The notes under the pieces were generated by a model that was not told the DNA's origin, ran no database searches, and was given only the letters and a program-made list of their open reading frames with translations. The position numbers and the translations under genes are program-made. A stretch of 62,171 bases of DNA from a virus (taxonomy: Duplodnaviria > Caudoviricetes), in the IMG/VR virus record IMGVR_UViG_3300031772_000034, positions 1-62,171 of that record. One strand, 5' to 3'. Positions 1 to 9,384 of this stretch are shown one piece after another; position 1 is the stretch's first letter; the number at the start of each line of letters is the position of its first letter.

Positions 1-67
1 CTGCAGCAGGAGACTACTGGGAAGCGATCCTACTGCGCCGCACAGATGGATAACAAAAGGAGGTAGG

Positions 68-424
68 ATGAGGAAGGATTACGAGTACATACAGAACGCT
101 ATCTCAGTGCAATTGGTTAGTACTGAGGAGGGCTCGAAGGTCATCGAGGCTTTGATCGATGAGGACATAGAGAGCCCTGAACTGACCCAGTCGCCTGAGG
201 TAGAGACGTTACTGTTCCTGGATTCGGAGTATGTGACCATCCAGGCACAAGACGTCGACCGCAATCATGGAGTGTCGCTCAAGCAATGGTATGATCGCTT
301 ATGCGGTACATACATAGGCTATGACGCGGCATTCGATATCGAGAAGTTCGGTCTGACCTATGAACGGTTCGTTAAGATGTGGACCGATGAGTTTCTCGCA
401 GTCTCTGTAGTCATCTGGGACTAG
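68..424 (+). CDS. hypothetical acidic protein
   Basis: 118-aa ORF preceded by AAGGAGGT RBS. Confidence 0.7.
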   Translation: MRKDYEYIQNAISVQLVSTEEGSKVIEALIDEDIESPELTQSPEVETLLFLDSEYVTIQAQDVDRNHGVSLKQWYDRLCGTYIGYDAAFDIEKFGLTYERFVKMWTDEFLAVSVVIWD

Positions 425-924
425 GATGTAGGGTCGAGTAAGTGGAGTGTTGAGAACCGAATCCGAATCTAGCCCTGCTAGTGGGGAATAAACACTAGCC
501 GCCTACCTATAAGAGAGTGCAACGGTAGAGGCATACGTCTGCTCATTTGTTGTACTATGTAGTCCCGACAACTACACACACCACCGGTCGTGGACAAGAG
601 TTCAGTCCGGACTCTATAGGGTAGGGTGGGGGCTTGAACATTTCATTCTCCCTAGTCCACCTGTCCATCACTAATGGTACTATAAGTATACTACAACCAT
701 CATGCTTGTGTCTAGCCTCATGACAGTCTACACTACAGTACAGCACACAGTGCAGGTAGGTAGTCATCTCTCTTGCCACAATATGAGGTATGGTAGTATA
801 ATTTATTTGGTAGAGACAGTTCGAACGGGAAAACTTTCCCCCCTCTCCACTCTACCCACCCCCCTGGGTCGCGCGCCTAAAGGGTTGCGCGGGGAGGCAG
901 GGAAGGTGGCGGGGCGCGCGGCTG

Positions 925-995
925 TGAATCTTATGACCCCTTCACCTGTAGGTAGGGTGTTATCCCCTTCCCCCTTAAGAGTATGAATCTTATGA
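925..995. repeat. 12-bp direct repeat TGAATCTTATGA (925-936, 984-995) directly upstream of the first promoter
   Basis: two exact copies read in the sequence. Confidence 0.75.
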
Positions 996-997
996 TC

Positions 998-1027
998 TTG
1001 ACACAAAATGATACTATCAATTATAAT
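998..1027 (+). promoter_or_regulatory. sigma70/sigmaA-type promoter, cassette copy 1
   Basis: TTGACA(998)-18 nt-TATAAT(1022); spacer begins CAAAATGA. Confidence 0.85.
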
Positions 1028-1072
1028 TATAGTAGCAAGACAGCTTGACCATACTTAATGAAAGGAGGCAAG

Positions 1073-1291
1073 ATGTGTTTTAGTGAACAGCAGGCCAAAA
1101 TGATGTTGAAAGAGTTCAAGATGGACCAGAAAACGCTTGTTGATGAGCTTTCCGTCTTTGCGGGCTCACAATTTGATTATGGCCCAAATGACTTCAGTCT
1201 GTATGAGAACCGGCTGAACGTGATGTTGCAATTCCTACGTGGCGCTGTTAAGATGATAGAGAACCGGTTCGCCAAAAAGGATAAAGAATAA
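1073..1291 (+). CDS. hypothetical early protein
   Basis: AAAGGAGG RBS before ATG 1073. Confidence 0.7.
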   Translation: MCFSEQQAKMMLKEFKMDQKTLVDELSVFAGSQFDYGPNDFSLYENRLNVMLQFLRGAVKMIENRFAKKDKE

Positions 1292-1339
1292 TGAGGAATC
1301 GGTACAAACAAATTGTTACTTTATAATAAAGGAGGGGTC

Positions 1340-1660
1340 ATGGCAAACATTAAAAGGTTTCGGATTATCGGTGATGCCCCATACAATCTGTATGAGAATG
1401 CGGATGTATTGAAGATGCTTGGCTGGTGTGCGCTACCATCCTTCAATATGAACATCAAGTGGTCATCTGCGCCGACAAGATTTACCCCGACTGAACATGG
1501 CGGAAGCCTATCTCACTATAGCTTTGAGATTAATGGCGAAGAAGCAGTTAGGATGGAGTTCTTGCAAAACATTCTCACTGTCCTGATATCAGGTGGGGCT
1601 GAGATACATGCTAAAGAATGCATGGACTACGAAAACGGCGAATGGATTAACTGGGAATAA
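1340..1660 (+). CDS. hypothetical early protein
   Basis: AAAGGAGG RBS before ATG 1340. Confidence 0.7.
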   Translation: MANIKRFRIIGDAPYNLYENADVLKMLGWCALPSFNMNIKWSSAPTRFTPTEHGGSLSHYSFEINGEEAVRMEFLQNILTVLISGGAEIHAKECMDYENGEWINWE

Positions 1661-1694
1661 TAAGGAGGCGATGGCAATCAAGAAAGGAGGCAGG

Positions 1695-1874
1695 ATGGTA
1701 GAAAGTAATCGTGAGTGGCTTCGGGACCCAGTCAAGTGTGAGAACGGGAAATGGTATTTCTCCGAAGAGAATTGGTCCTTCCGTCATGGTCCCTATGCGA
1801 ATGAGGCCATGGCTCGGGAAGCATTCCGAGAATACTGCAAGAACTGCCTGCCTGAAGACAAGGAGGGGCCGTGA
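1695..1874 (+). CDS. hypothetical early protein
   Basis: AGAAAGGAGG RBS before ATG 1695. Confidence 0.65.
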   Translation: MVESNREWLRDPVKCENGKWYFSEENWSFRHGPYANEAMAREAFREYCKNCLPEDKEGP

Positions 1875-3055
1875 ACAGATTTGCCGATGCGAATTTTTCG
1901 GATATTGCCAAAGAGGTGGACTATCATTTCCAGCGAGCGCATCTTTCCTACGACGAGGACGACTGGATGAATCTGGCCCTAGAGTATTATTGCGACGAAG
2001 TGGGGGCGGAGTTCGACCAGGTGGATTACGATTGGTTCGTCAAGAAAATGCACGATGCCCGAAAGACCAAAAAGGTTACGGTGGGAACCGCGAACAGGTT
2101 CTCCGAGCGAATCAGCCGGGTAGTCCGATCCCTGGGTGCATCACCCGATCAACAAGAAATGAACGAGAGGTTTTCCGATTTTATTTACGACAAATTTCTC
2201 GGGGAGCGCGGGCAATTGCAGGATTATGGGGAATGCGAATTTGAACATTGGGGAGACGATTGGGGAGGGTTTGCCGGGGTTCACGTTACCGATAAGAAGA
2301 ATTTATATTCTATTGACTTTCTGCTTACCCCCAGAGGAAAGATGCAGGCCACGATTCATATGCCCCATTGGGGTGCTGAAGATTTTATTTCGGAAGAAGT
2401 GGTTGGCCGCCCAGAAGGAGCGTGGCTAGAGTTTTTCAACAAGATGATGCTTCGCTTTTATGGGGAGATAGAAAAGCATTTAGAGGGGAAGGCGACCCGC
2501 ACCGCCGCCAAGATCGAATGGCTCATCTATAACCCGAAGGAAAATCTTTTCTGGTCCAACAGAGATGGCTGGGTAGATAAGGATTCTGCCACTGTATTTC
2601 TCGACGACGAAAAAGATCGTTACTCCCATATCCCTGGGGTCGGAAGCAAATGGGTTCCGGTGGATTTCAAGCAACTTGAGAAGAAGGGGATCGACGATGG
2701 CCTTGTGGTGTACGTTCCGACCTCTCAAGTCCAAGAAGGAAGGGCACCATCGTCGGAAAAGACCGCGGTGAGGGGCAATAAGAGGGTAACCTCAATTATT
2801 ATTGATGACTCCAACGAAGGCCAAGTCATTCTTGATGCTTGCTGTGACCTACCAAATGGAGAAGGCAACACGTCCGTGAACGTGACTTTCTATTACAAAA
2901 AGGTTACCCTCTCTCATGGTGAGGAGGGGAAGTTAAACCTGTCCTTCTTCGCTGTGGGTGAGGATGACACTGACATTGAGGTCTCTCTGACAAAAGATAT
3001 GGTGGAGAAGATCCAAGAGAACATGTTCCAGTGGTTAATCAAAGGCAGCCTATAG
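1871..3055 (+). CDS. hypothetical protein (394 aa, mosaic-looking)
   Basis: long ORF, AGGAGG RBS, GTGA overlap with upstream stop. Confidence 0.75.
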   Translation: MNRFADANFSDIAKEVDYHFQRAHLSYDEDDWMNLALEYYCDEVGAEFDQVDYDWFVKKMHDARKTKKVTVGTANRFSERISRVVRSLGASPDQQEMNERFSDFIYDKFLGERGQLQDYGECEFEHWGDDWGGFAGVHVTDKKNLYSIDFLLTPRGKMQATIHMPHWGAEDFISEEVVGRPEGAWLEFFNKMMLRFYGEIEKHLEGKATRTAAKIEWLIYNPKENLFWSNRDGWVDKDSATVFLDDEKDRYSHIPGVGSKWVPVDFKQLEKKGIDDGLVVYVPTSQVQEGRAPSSEKTAVRGNKRVTSIIIDDSNEGQVILDACCDLPNGEGNTSVNVTFYYKKVTLSHGEEGKLNLSFFAVGEDDTDIEVSLTKDMVEKIQENMFQWLIKGSL

Positions 3056-3063
3056 GAGGGCGC

Positions 3064-3306
3064 ATGAAGGTGATCGTGCCATTAATGTTGAGCGCAAAAG
3101 CACTTCAAGAATTCGGGGCCGCGCCACAGTTTGAGTTCGACGTCGTTAAGGAATCGGTGTATTACCTTATTCGTTATCAAGGTGCCGATATGTCCTTTAT
3201 CGGTGAAACAGCCGAAGAAGTTGTGGCCCAGCTGGTTGATTTCTTAAAAACCGATCCAGTCGTGATCTCTGTAGGGGATCCTATCATTGAGCTTGACACA
3301 AAATGA
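3064..3306 (+). CDS. hypothetical protein
   Basis: AGGAGG RBS; stop codon lies within promoter cassette. Confidence 0.65.
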   Translation: MKVIVPLMLSAKALQEFGAAPQFEFDVVKESVYYLIRYQGADMSFIGETAEEVVAQLVDFLKTDPVVISVGDPIIELDTK

Positions 3307-3322
3307 GGCCTTAAATTATAAT
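3293..3322 (+). promoter_or_regulatory. promoter cassette copy 2
   Basis: TTGACA(3293)-18 nt-TATAAT(3317), followed by AAGAAAGGAGG. Confidence 0.85.
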
Positions 3323-3343
3323 TTATTCAAGAAAGGAGGCCCA

Positions 3344-3553
3344 ATGGCAGATAAGGTGGTGGCAGTCGTACGAACGACAAAGAATTGGATGGTTCTTTGC
3401 GAAGTCGACGGCATCCGGTGTCATCGGAGATACTACTATAAGAAGGACGCGATCAGATTGAAAGAGGCCCTGGATGCCGTCACTGCAAAGGGAGGACGGT
3501 TCTTGGATACTTATGGTTCAAACTTTTTCCAAACCTTTCGGGAGGGGCAATGA
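3344..3553 (+). CDS. hypothetical protein
   Basis: RBS from cassette, ATG 3344. Confidence 0.65.
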   Translation: MADKVVAVVRTTKNWMVLCEVDGIRCHRRYYYKKDAIRLKEALDAVTAKGGRFLDTYGSNFFQTFREGQ

Positions 3554-3717
3554 CGATAGAAGAGAAAGACCAAATTAATCAGGCAGTCCAAAGCGCATGG
3601 AATCACCTTCGGAAGCTGATAGAGCTCACAGGATCTGTTAGCGGGACCATGGGACCAATCGCGGGAGTGCAGGAAGAGCTGGCGAAGATCAAGCGCATCG
3701 CCGAAAAGGGGGCCTAA
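3550..3717 (+). CDS. small hypothetical protein (55 aa, not in ORF track)
   Basis: GGAGG RBS, ATGA overlap upstream and TAATG overlap downstream; MTIEEKDQINQAVQ... Confidence 0.6.
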   Translation: MTIEEKDQINQAVQSAWNHLRKLIELTGSVSGTMGPIAGVQEELAKIKRIAEKGA

Positions 3718-4181
3718 TGGGGTGCGACATTCACTGCTTTGCAGAAAAGTATCGGTGGGGAAAGTGGGTAAAGATTGGAGAGGTCTTCGATAACCCTTTT
3801 CATGACCCCACATTCCCCCGATCCAGTTGGAACTCTCGCAAAACCGACCAGCCGTATTCTGAACGTAATTACTACATGTTCTCGATTCTGGCAAATGTCC
3901 GAAATGATTGGGGCATCATTCCGATCGCAATGCCAAAGGGCTTTCCTGTGGACGTATCTTCTGATGTCTGGAACTATTCCAACGATAAGTACGGCCGAGA
4001 TGGCCATTCTCACAGCTGGCTTACAGTTGATGAGCTCCTTGCGTATGATTGGTATCGCACGATTACCATTGATAGAGTCCCGATGACTTATCGGGATCTC
4101 GCTTCTCCGAATATTCTCTTCTACAACCTGAGAAAGGTTGGCCAAAAGAAGGTGAGGATCGTTTTCTTCTTTGATTGCTGA
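3717..4181 (+). CDS. conserved phage protein (MGCDIH...RNY...LANVRN family)
   Basis: recognisable widespread phage motif; translational coupling. Confidence 0.7.
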   Translation: MGCDIHCFAEKYRWGKWVKIGEVFDNPFHDPTFPRSSWNSRKTDQPYSERNYYMFSILANVRNDWGIIPIAMPKGFPVDVSSDVWNYSNDKYGRDGHSHSWLTVDELLAYDWYRTITIDRVPMTYRDLASPNILFYNLRKVGQKKVRIVFFFDC

Positions 4182-4183
4182 TC

Positions 4184-4213
4184 TTGACACATTATGATGC
4201 GATCGATTATAAT
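4184..4213 (+). promoter_or_regulatory. promoter cassette copy 3
   Basis: TTGACA(4184)-18 nt-TATAAT(4208)-TAAAGTAAGAAAGGAGG. Confidence 0.85.
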
Positions 4214-4236
4214 TAAAGTAAGAAAGGAGGCCAAGA

Positions 4237-4407
4237 ATGAGACGCCAGATAGATGTGAATGTCAATCATTGCTCAAGGAACAGAAACAAAGCCCATTGGC
4301 GAAAGGTTACCAATGAGGTAAAAGCGATCTTTCGGATCGATCGCAAGGCCGAGAAGGATTCAGACAATCGATTGGTCTGGTCGACAGAAAGGAGAGTCCA
4401 TGCTTAA
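4237..4407 (+). CDS. small basic hypothetical protein (56 aa, not in ORF track)
   Basis: cassette RBS, ATG 4237, TAA 4407; MRRQIDVNVNHCSR... Confidence 0.6.
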   Translation: MRRQIDVNVNHCSRNRNKAHWRKVTNEVKAIFRIDRKAEKDSDNRLVWSTERRVHA

Positions 4408-4900
4408 AAGAGTATTCATTCAAGAAGGCTCCAAGCTCATTGGAGTCATTACCCTCAAGCCAGACGTATCCCACCAGCTCATAGAGCTGATCCCAGATGA
4501 TGGAAAGAAAGGCATTCAGGTTGTACAACCCCTCTGGGAAGACCATCCGAACGATCCGCCATCTCCGCCTTTGATCGACCTGACCGAAGAAGAAAAGAAT
4601 TTCGTTTACAATAACCTGATGGATTTCGACAAGGCCGATGTCATCGACATGCTTTTCGGCTACATCAGTTCGGATCCGGATGCGATCGTCTCCTGGAAAG
4701 CGGATTATAAGGACGAGCAGGATGAAGCGAACGAAGAAGTAGTGTCTACGGAGGCGATGAACAGGGAGATCCTGGAACTCTGGAATTCAAAGGTGGGCAT
4801 CGATGGCTTTGTGACGCGCATTTTAGAGCGCACATGGCCGATGGAGCCGGTACAAATATTGGCCCATGCGTTTAACTTGGTTTCGCTTACCACAAGATGA
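4400..4900 (+). CDS. hypothetical acidic protein
   Basis: AAAGGAG RBS, 166 aa. Confidence 0.7.
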   Translation: MLKRVFIQEGSKLIGVITLKPDVSHQLIELIPDDGKKGIQVVQPLWEDHPNDPPSPPLIDLTEEEKNFVYNNLMDFDKADVIDMLFGYISSDPDAIVSWKADYKDEQDEANEEVVSTEAMNREILELWNSKVGIDGFVTRILERTWPMEPVQILAHAFNLVSLTTR

Positions 4901-4916
4901 GGTCGTTAAGGGTAAT
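4887..4916 (+). promoter_or_regulatory. degenerate promoter cassette copy
   Basis: TTACCA-CAAGATGAGGTC...(18 nt)-GGTAAT, then AAGAAAGGAG; spacer conserved, hexamers mutated. Confidence 0.55.
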
Positions 4917-5177
4917 TACCCAAGAAAGGAGCTGCTGAAATGGTGAACGATCGGAAGAGGAAAGAGAAGTCTCAGGAGAAGCGGGAAACGCCGGAACAAC
5001 AGGTCCGTCAGCAGATGGAAACAGATCGTCGGTGCGGGATTTCCAGGCCGGCGGGGCATTATTCGAACTCCATCATCCGGGCGCGGAATGGTGGCGTGAA
5101 GCATCAGTTTGAGGATTCCATCGGCGGGTGCTCGGCGAACTATAAATAGTCACCGAGAACACCAGAAAGGAGACAAA

Positions 5178-5402
5178 ATGGACGTCCATCTTCATAACGT
5201 TGACCCGAAGACTGTCATCGTCTGCGCAGTTCTACCTGATTCGGTCGCGCATGAGTGGCAACGGAAAAACGGGACGATTTACTCATCGATCGACATCTAT
5301 CTCAAATCCGCTACCGAGACCCTTCATATTACAATGTTCTCGACCGACTATCCCGGTGCGCACGGTCTTTGGGGAGAACCTCTTCAGTGTTCAAGCTCTT
5401 GA
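5178..5402 (+). CDS. hypothetical protein
   Basis: AGAAAGGAG RBS; stop TGA lies within TTGACA. Confidence 0.6.
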   Translation: MDVHLHNVDPKTVIVCAVLPDSVAHEWQRKNGTIYSSIDIYLKSATETLHITMFSTDYPGAHGLWGEPLQCSSS

Positions 5403-5428
5403 CACAAAAAGGGGAACTGCTTTATAAT
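5399..5428 (+). promoter_or_regulatory. promoter cassette copy 4
   Basis: TTGACA(5399)-18 nt-TATAAT(5423)-TAAAGTAAGAAAGGAGG. Confidence 0.85.
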
Positions 5429-5449
5429 TAAAGTAAGAAAGGAGGCCAC

Positions 5450-5779
5450 ATGACAGAAAATGCGGTGATCACAATGGGCGGAATTGCCGACGCCCACGGC
5501 ATTGAATCCTTTATGTTGGAGGAGGAAGCCAAAAAGAACGGCAACATTCTCGTGCTCCGTGCGATGGCCAACCGCCAGCGGCATGCGGTCGTGTACTTCG
5601 CCGATCTCGATCAGAAAGGTGTCGATGCCGTGAACGCAATGATTCGGGCGAACGATTTCATCAATGCGCTCAAGGTTTTAAAAGTGCGCGCGAAAGAAGT
5701 TCGCCTCGCTGACGGCATGGGCAACGTTCATCAGAGCTGGGATATGATCCCGAATCCCAAGCTCGATCCTTGGAGGTAA
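5450..5779 (+). CDS. conserved hypothetical phage protein
   Basis: cassette RBS; C-terminal WDMIPNPKLDPW. Confidence 0.75.
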   Translation: MTENAVITMGGIADAHGIESFMLEEEAKKNGNILVLRAMANRQRHAVVYFADLDQKGVDAVNAMIRANDFINALKVLKVRAKEVRLADGMGNVHQSWDMIPNPKLDPWR

Positions 5780-6145
5780 TATGCCCGAATTACTCTACGA
5801 GGTGATCTTGGGGCTTATAAGCATTGCCGCAGGCGTTATCGCATGCGTAGTCACCAACATCATTCTAATATGGTGGCGGATAAGAAAGCTCAAACTAAAG
5901 GCTCTCCGCCAAATGGATGAAGAGGAAAGGAGGCATCATGTTGTGTGACTGCTGCGCAGCTCGGGACGCATTTGTTATGGATACCCGAGAGTTTAAAACG
6001 GGTTTCCATAAGTTCAAAGTATGTCGGCAATGCTACGGTCTGGCCGATGGAACTTTCAAACGGGTTTATGGTAAAACCCAACATCGCCTGAAGAGGATCC
6101 AGTGGTTCTTCGACAGGTTTCTCGGAATCTAAAAGGAGGCGCAAG

Positions 6146-6772
6146 ATGGCAGAGTTCAGAATCAAAGGAACCGCAGAAGTGTCGTATTCTTGGGAGTCGG
6201 ACTGTGAAGTAAACGGAACGATCGGCCATGATGGCCTCGATGTCAATGAACAGGGTCTTAGAGATCTCGAGGAAGGCCTTATCCAAGCTGGATCCGGATC
6301 GCAGGAGGTCGAAATCGATACCACGATTGAGGCCGATTCCGTTTCGGACCTTAAACGGATGCTCGATAAGTTCTCGGACGCCCGGTCGTGGGACATCTCT
6401 TGTGAGGTAGGCCATAACCAAGAAAAGCTCGTTTCCATGTCGGCGGATGAAGTCGAACTCAACGTGACAGCCTACGAGATCCGGGATGAGCTTACCGAGG
6501 ACGAAACACGCCTACTTAATCAGGCGAAAGAGCAGGTGGAAAAGCTCAACGCACTGTGCGCTCCCTTTACCGATATCATCAATCTCCTCAAGATCCCCAC
6601 GATTGAAGTTCACGCAGATCAGGAGCCCACACAGAATATTCCTCCCGCGAGCCCTCAAATCACCGCTGGAATACAGGCGTTGAGAACTCTCCAGGATCTC
6701 ACTGGGCGGCTCAAAGGGATGCTCGGGGAGTTCGAGAGACTTATGAAGGAAAAAGAAGTCAACCTGGATTAA
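6146..6772 (+). CDS. hypothetical acidic/coiled-coil protein
   Basis: AAAAGGAGG RBS, 208 aa. Confidence 0.75.
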   Translation: MAEFRIKGTAEVSYSWESDCEVNGTIGHDGLDVNEQGLRDLEEGLIQAGSGSQEVEIDTTIEADSVSDLKRMLDKFSDARSWDISCEVGHNQEKLVSMSADEVELNVTAYEIRDELTEDETRLLNQAKEQVEKLNALCAPFTDIINLLKIPTIEVHADQEPTQNIPPASPQITAGIQALRTLQDLTGRLKGMLGEFERLMKEKEVNLD

Positions 6773-6783
6773 TAGGAGGCACG

Positions 6784-7047
6784 ATGCATCAATTTGGATT
6801 TTTCCGCATTCCAGAACGAATGATGGAGGGGATCGAACTTTACGTTCGGCATCATATTCGGCCGGGCGACTTCCTCTGCGCGGTAATATGCAACGATCTG
6901 AAGGAAGCTGTCGCAAGGGCCGATGATGAGAACATGATGAACCTTCCTGCGTTCGTTGATTACTTTTACAATAACGCTCCTCCTGCGTGTTGGGGGTCAA
7001 AGAAGAAGCTGGACGAGTGGCTCGCATTACGGAAGGTGCCCGAATGA
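6784..7047 (+). CDS. conserved phage protein (PGDFL.AV..NDL...CWGS family)
   Basis: widespread phage motif, AGGAGG RBS. Confidence 0.75.
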   Translation: MHQFGFFRIPERMMEGIELYVRHHIRPGDFLCAVICNDLKEAVARADDENMMNLPAFVDYFYNNAPPACWGSKKKLDEWLALRKVPE

Positions 7048-7343
7048 GTAAACTAAAGTACGGTTCGAGGGTGAAAGTCGCGCGGGTGCCATCCAAGAAA
7101 GGGGGGGTTCGGATTTACCCGTGGGAAGAGTGGATGGATCCTATCGTAGGAGTAGAGGGGCTTGTGAAGGTTTTTGTTTCCAAATTAGATTTAGTTCTTG
7201 CTCCAACTTTTAAAAATAAAGACGGGTCACCTAATTTCGGTCTTCGCAGGAAATGGTTGTTGAGCCAGGGAATCGACCCGAACAAAGAATTTACGGTTGA
7301 TCCTGATTTTGAAAATAACGGTTTTGTTATTACCCGGGATTAA
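7044..7343 (+). CDS. hypothetical protein
   Basis: ATGA overlap, AAGGTG RBS. Confidence 0.6.
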   Translation: MSKLKYGSRVKVARVPSKKGGVRIYPWEEWMDPIVGVEGLVKVFVSKLDLVLAPTFKNKDGSPNFGLRRKWLLSQGIDPNKEFTVDPDFENNGFVITRD

Positions 7344-7412
7344 AATCTCCGTCAGTCAAGTTGCTGAAACGCGTCCCGATAAAGAAGGCAAAAAAACGTC
7401 GCGTTGCTGATC

Positions 7413-7442
7413 TTGACACAAAATGAGGTCCTGGATTATAAT
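7413..7442 (+). promoter_or_regulatory. promoter cassette copy 5
   Basis: TTGACA(7413)-CAAAATGAGG..18 nt-TATAAT(7437)-TAAAGTAAGAAAGGAGG. Confidence 0.85.
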
Positions 7443-7463
7443 TAAAGTAAGAAAGGAGGTCGG

Positions 7464-7718
7464 ATGGTTAACTGGAGATTCCGTGTAAAGGTTAAGCACC
7501 TTTTAACTGATCAGGAGGACCTCGCATCGGTTCAAGATTCAATGAACAAGATCGCGGAGGTGCTCGAGAAGTCAAGATATTTCGAGGGGTTTTCTCATCT
7601 CTCACAGTTTCACCGCATTCCAGTCGGTGACGACATCATTACTCCAGTTGAATATGCGAATAAGCTCCTGGAGAAGATGTTCGACTACGCGGATTTAAAC
7701 CTGATCTGGATCGAATAA
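7464..7718 (+). CDS. conserved hypothetical phage protein (C-terminal FDYAD...IWI)
   Basis: cassette RBS. Confidence 0.7.
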   Translation: MVNWRFRVKVKHLLTDQEDLASVQDSMNKIAEVLEKSRYFEGFSHLSQFHRIPVGDDIITPVEYANKLLEKMFDYADLNLIWIE

Positions 7719-7720
7719 GG

Positions 7721-7750
7721 AATTGTTCTCGTTAACCATAAGGAGGCCAT
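7721..7750 (+). repeat. 30-bp leader repeat, copy A (copy B at 11334-11363)
   Basis: AATTGTTCTCGTTAACCA(T/A)AAGGAGGCCAT, 29/30 identical. Confidence 0.8.
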
Positions 7751-7751
7751 A

Positions 7752-8162
7752 ATGCCAAAAGGTCCGGGAGTATGTACATCGTATAACGAATTTAATCAAC
7801 GGTTTTTCAAGAACGTTCCCATGATGTCCGGAACGCGGTGGTTCCAGAAGAAAGGGGTTCTACAGGGGCACGATGGGATGATGGCGGAAATCGAGCTCAC
7901 CACCTACAATACCCATCTGCAGTATGAGGGCTATAAAGTCACGATTCTGGATAAAAAGAATGGCTCGAAGCTCACTGCAACTAACTTCTGGTTCGGTGAG
8001 TACCTCGACAGAACCCAGCGAGCGGATGATCGGAAAGATCACGATGAGTCTTTCAAGATTATCGACCACTGTGGGAAGGATTGGTACATCGCGACGCCCA
8101 CAGAAAAAGAGATCCGCAAAATGGCCCTGATCATCAGTGAGTATATCGGTCTTTACCTTTAA
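7752..8162 (+). CDS. hypothetical protein
   Basis: AAGGAGG RBS, 136 aa. Confidence 0.7.
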   Translation: MPKGPGVCTSYNEFNQRFFKNVPMMSGTRWFQKKGVLQGHDGMMAEIELTTYNTHLQYEGYKVTILDKKNGSKLTATNFWFGEYLDRTQRADDRKDHDESFKIIDHCGKDWYIATPTEKEIRKMALIISEYIGLYL

Positions 8163-8174
8163 CAAGGAGGCAAG

Positions 8175-8783
8175 ATGGTAATCGACAAAGTACGGAAAGC
8201 GTTTGAGGTCTTAAACGCGAAAGGCATTCTCGCAGAAGGCCCTTGCGCGTGTTGTATGAGCTGTTCGAACGCGAAGCTCGGCACGATGATGGAGAAGGAT
8301 CCGACGAAATGGGGCGCGTGCTACTGGACGGATCAGGATGAGGAGAATCGCGTTCATGGAGATGGGTTCTACATCGGTTACTTCACGGCCAGCGGTGAAA
8401 GAGCGAAGGAAGTCGGCGACGCGATCGTCGCTGCCCTCAAAGAACAGGGCGTCACGGTGGAATGGGATGGCGACACCGGAACGAGGATCTACGTGGAATC
8501 GGATGAGCATCAGCCTCGCGTTCAAGAGGAGGAAGGGGACGAAGAAGCGGCCGAAGAAGGGGACGAAGAAGCGGCCGAAGTGCCGAGCGAAGATCCAAAC
8601 AAGCCCGCCTGCCAGCTTTCTGGTACAGACGGCAATGTCTTCGCGATCATCGGAAAAGTGCGCGGAGCTCTGAATAGCGCCGGCCTCCGGGACAAAGCAA
8701 AGGAGTTCCAGGATAAGGCGCTCAAAGCGGGTTCCTACGATGAAGTCCTGGCGATGTGCTGCGATTACGTTGATGTTCGCTAA
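8175..8783 (+). CDS. two-domain hypothetical protein (DUF6891-like N-terminus; GTDGNVFAIIG..V..AL C-terminal domain)
   Basis: CACCMSC and VEWDGD motifs; acidic linker. Confidence 0.65.
   Translation: MVIDKVRKAFEVLNAKGILAEGPCACCMSCSNAKLGTMMEKDPTKWGACYWTDQDEENRVHGDGFYIGYFTASGERAKEVGDAIVAALKEQGVTVEWDGDTGTRIYVESDEHQPRVQEEEGDEEAAEEGDEEAAEVPSEDPNKPACQLSGTDGNVFAIIGKVRGALNSAGLRDKAKEFQDKALKAGSYDEVLAMCCDYVDVR
8532..8579. repeat. 24-bp tandem duplication in the acidic linker (EGDEEAAE x2)
   Basis: GAAGGGGACGAAGAAGCGGCCGAA twice. Confidence 0.9.
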
Positions 8784-8797
8784 AAAGGAGGCCATGA

Positions 8798-9010
8798 ATG
8801 AAGTGCCACGTCTGTGAAGAGGAAATCGAAAGTGAATCCCCTTGTTATAGGATTCAAATCGGTGCCTTTGATGGAGAGGGGAAATTTGATGTCGAATCTT
8901 TAACTGGCTACGTTCATGAAGGATGCCTGGATCTTCCCGAAGCAGGGTTTGAGGACGAGAAAATCGATACCGAGAATCCTGAAGAGGAGGATCCTGAGGA
9001 AGGAGAATGA
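8798..9010 (+). CDS. small Zn-finger acidic protein
   Basis: CxxC...HxxC, AAAGGAGG RBS. Confidence 0.6.
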   Translation: MKCHVCEEEIESESPCYRIQIGAFDGEGKFDVESLTGYVHEGCLDLPEAGFEDEKIDTENPEEEDPEEGE

Positions 9011-9330
9011 CTAAACTCGAGATTCTTAAAATCTGCACAATGGCAGGGAAGCATGAGTTTCCTCTTATGATTGACACCTTTACATCCCTTGTCAAACTCC
9101 TTAATCATGAGGGGTTCGACTTGAAGTTGGTCAGTTATGCATGGTATCATCAACTATCGAAGGGCAAGAGGGTCTACGTTCGAGGAGGAAACGTTGATGG
9201 ATCACATCGGATCGGAACAGTTGAGTCCGCTGTTATGCGTGGAGGAATTATCGTTGGATATAATATTCGATTCGGTACCGGAGTGATCTTCCGAAAACTG
9301 AAGCAGATCTCGAGCGTTGTTCCGGATTAG
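9007..9330 (+). CDS. hypothetical protein
   Basis: ATGA overlap, AAGGAG RBS. Confidence 0.6.
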   Translation: MTKLEILKICTMAGKHEFPLMIDTFTSLVKLLNHEGFDLKLVSYAWYHQLSKGKRVYVRGGNVDGSHRIGTVESAVMRGGIIVGYNIRFGTGVIFRKLKQISSVVPD

Positions 9331-9333
9331 GTC

Positions 9334-9363
9334 TTGACACAAAATGAGGTAATCGATTATAAT
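9334..9363 (+). promoter_or_regulatory. promoter cassette copy 6
   Basis: TTGACA(9334)-18 nt-TATAAT(9358)-TTATTTAAGAAAGGAGG. Confidence 0.85.
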
Positions 9364-9384
9364 TTATTTAAGAAAGGAGGCAGG

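Noticed and set aside
555-1006. ORFs 555-779, 702-986 and 803-1006
   Set aside because: No RBS, low-complexity translations, overlap a structured non-coding region
8211-9095. Long minus-strand ORFs (also 11442-12209, 41516-42145, 55629-56543)
   Set aside because: Antisense shadows of well-supported + strand genes, with no RBS or motifs
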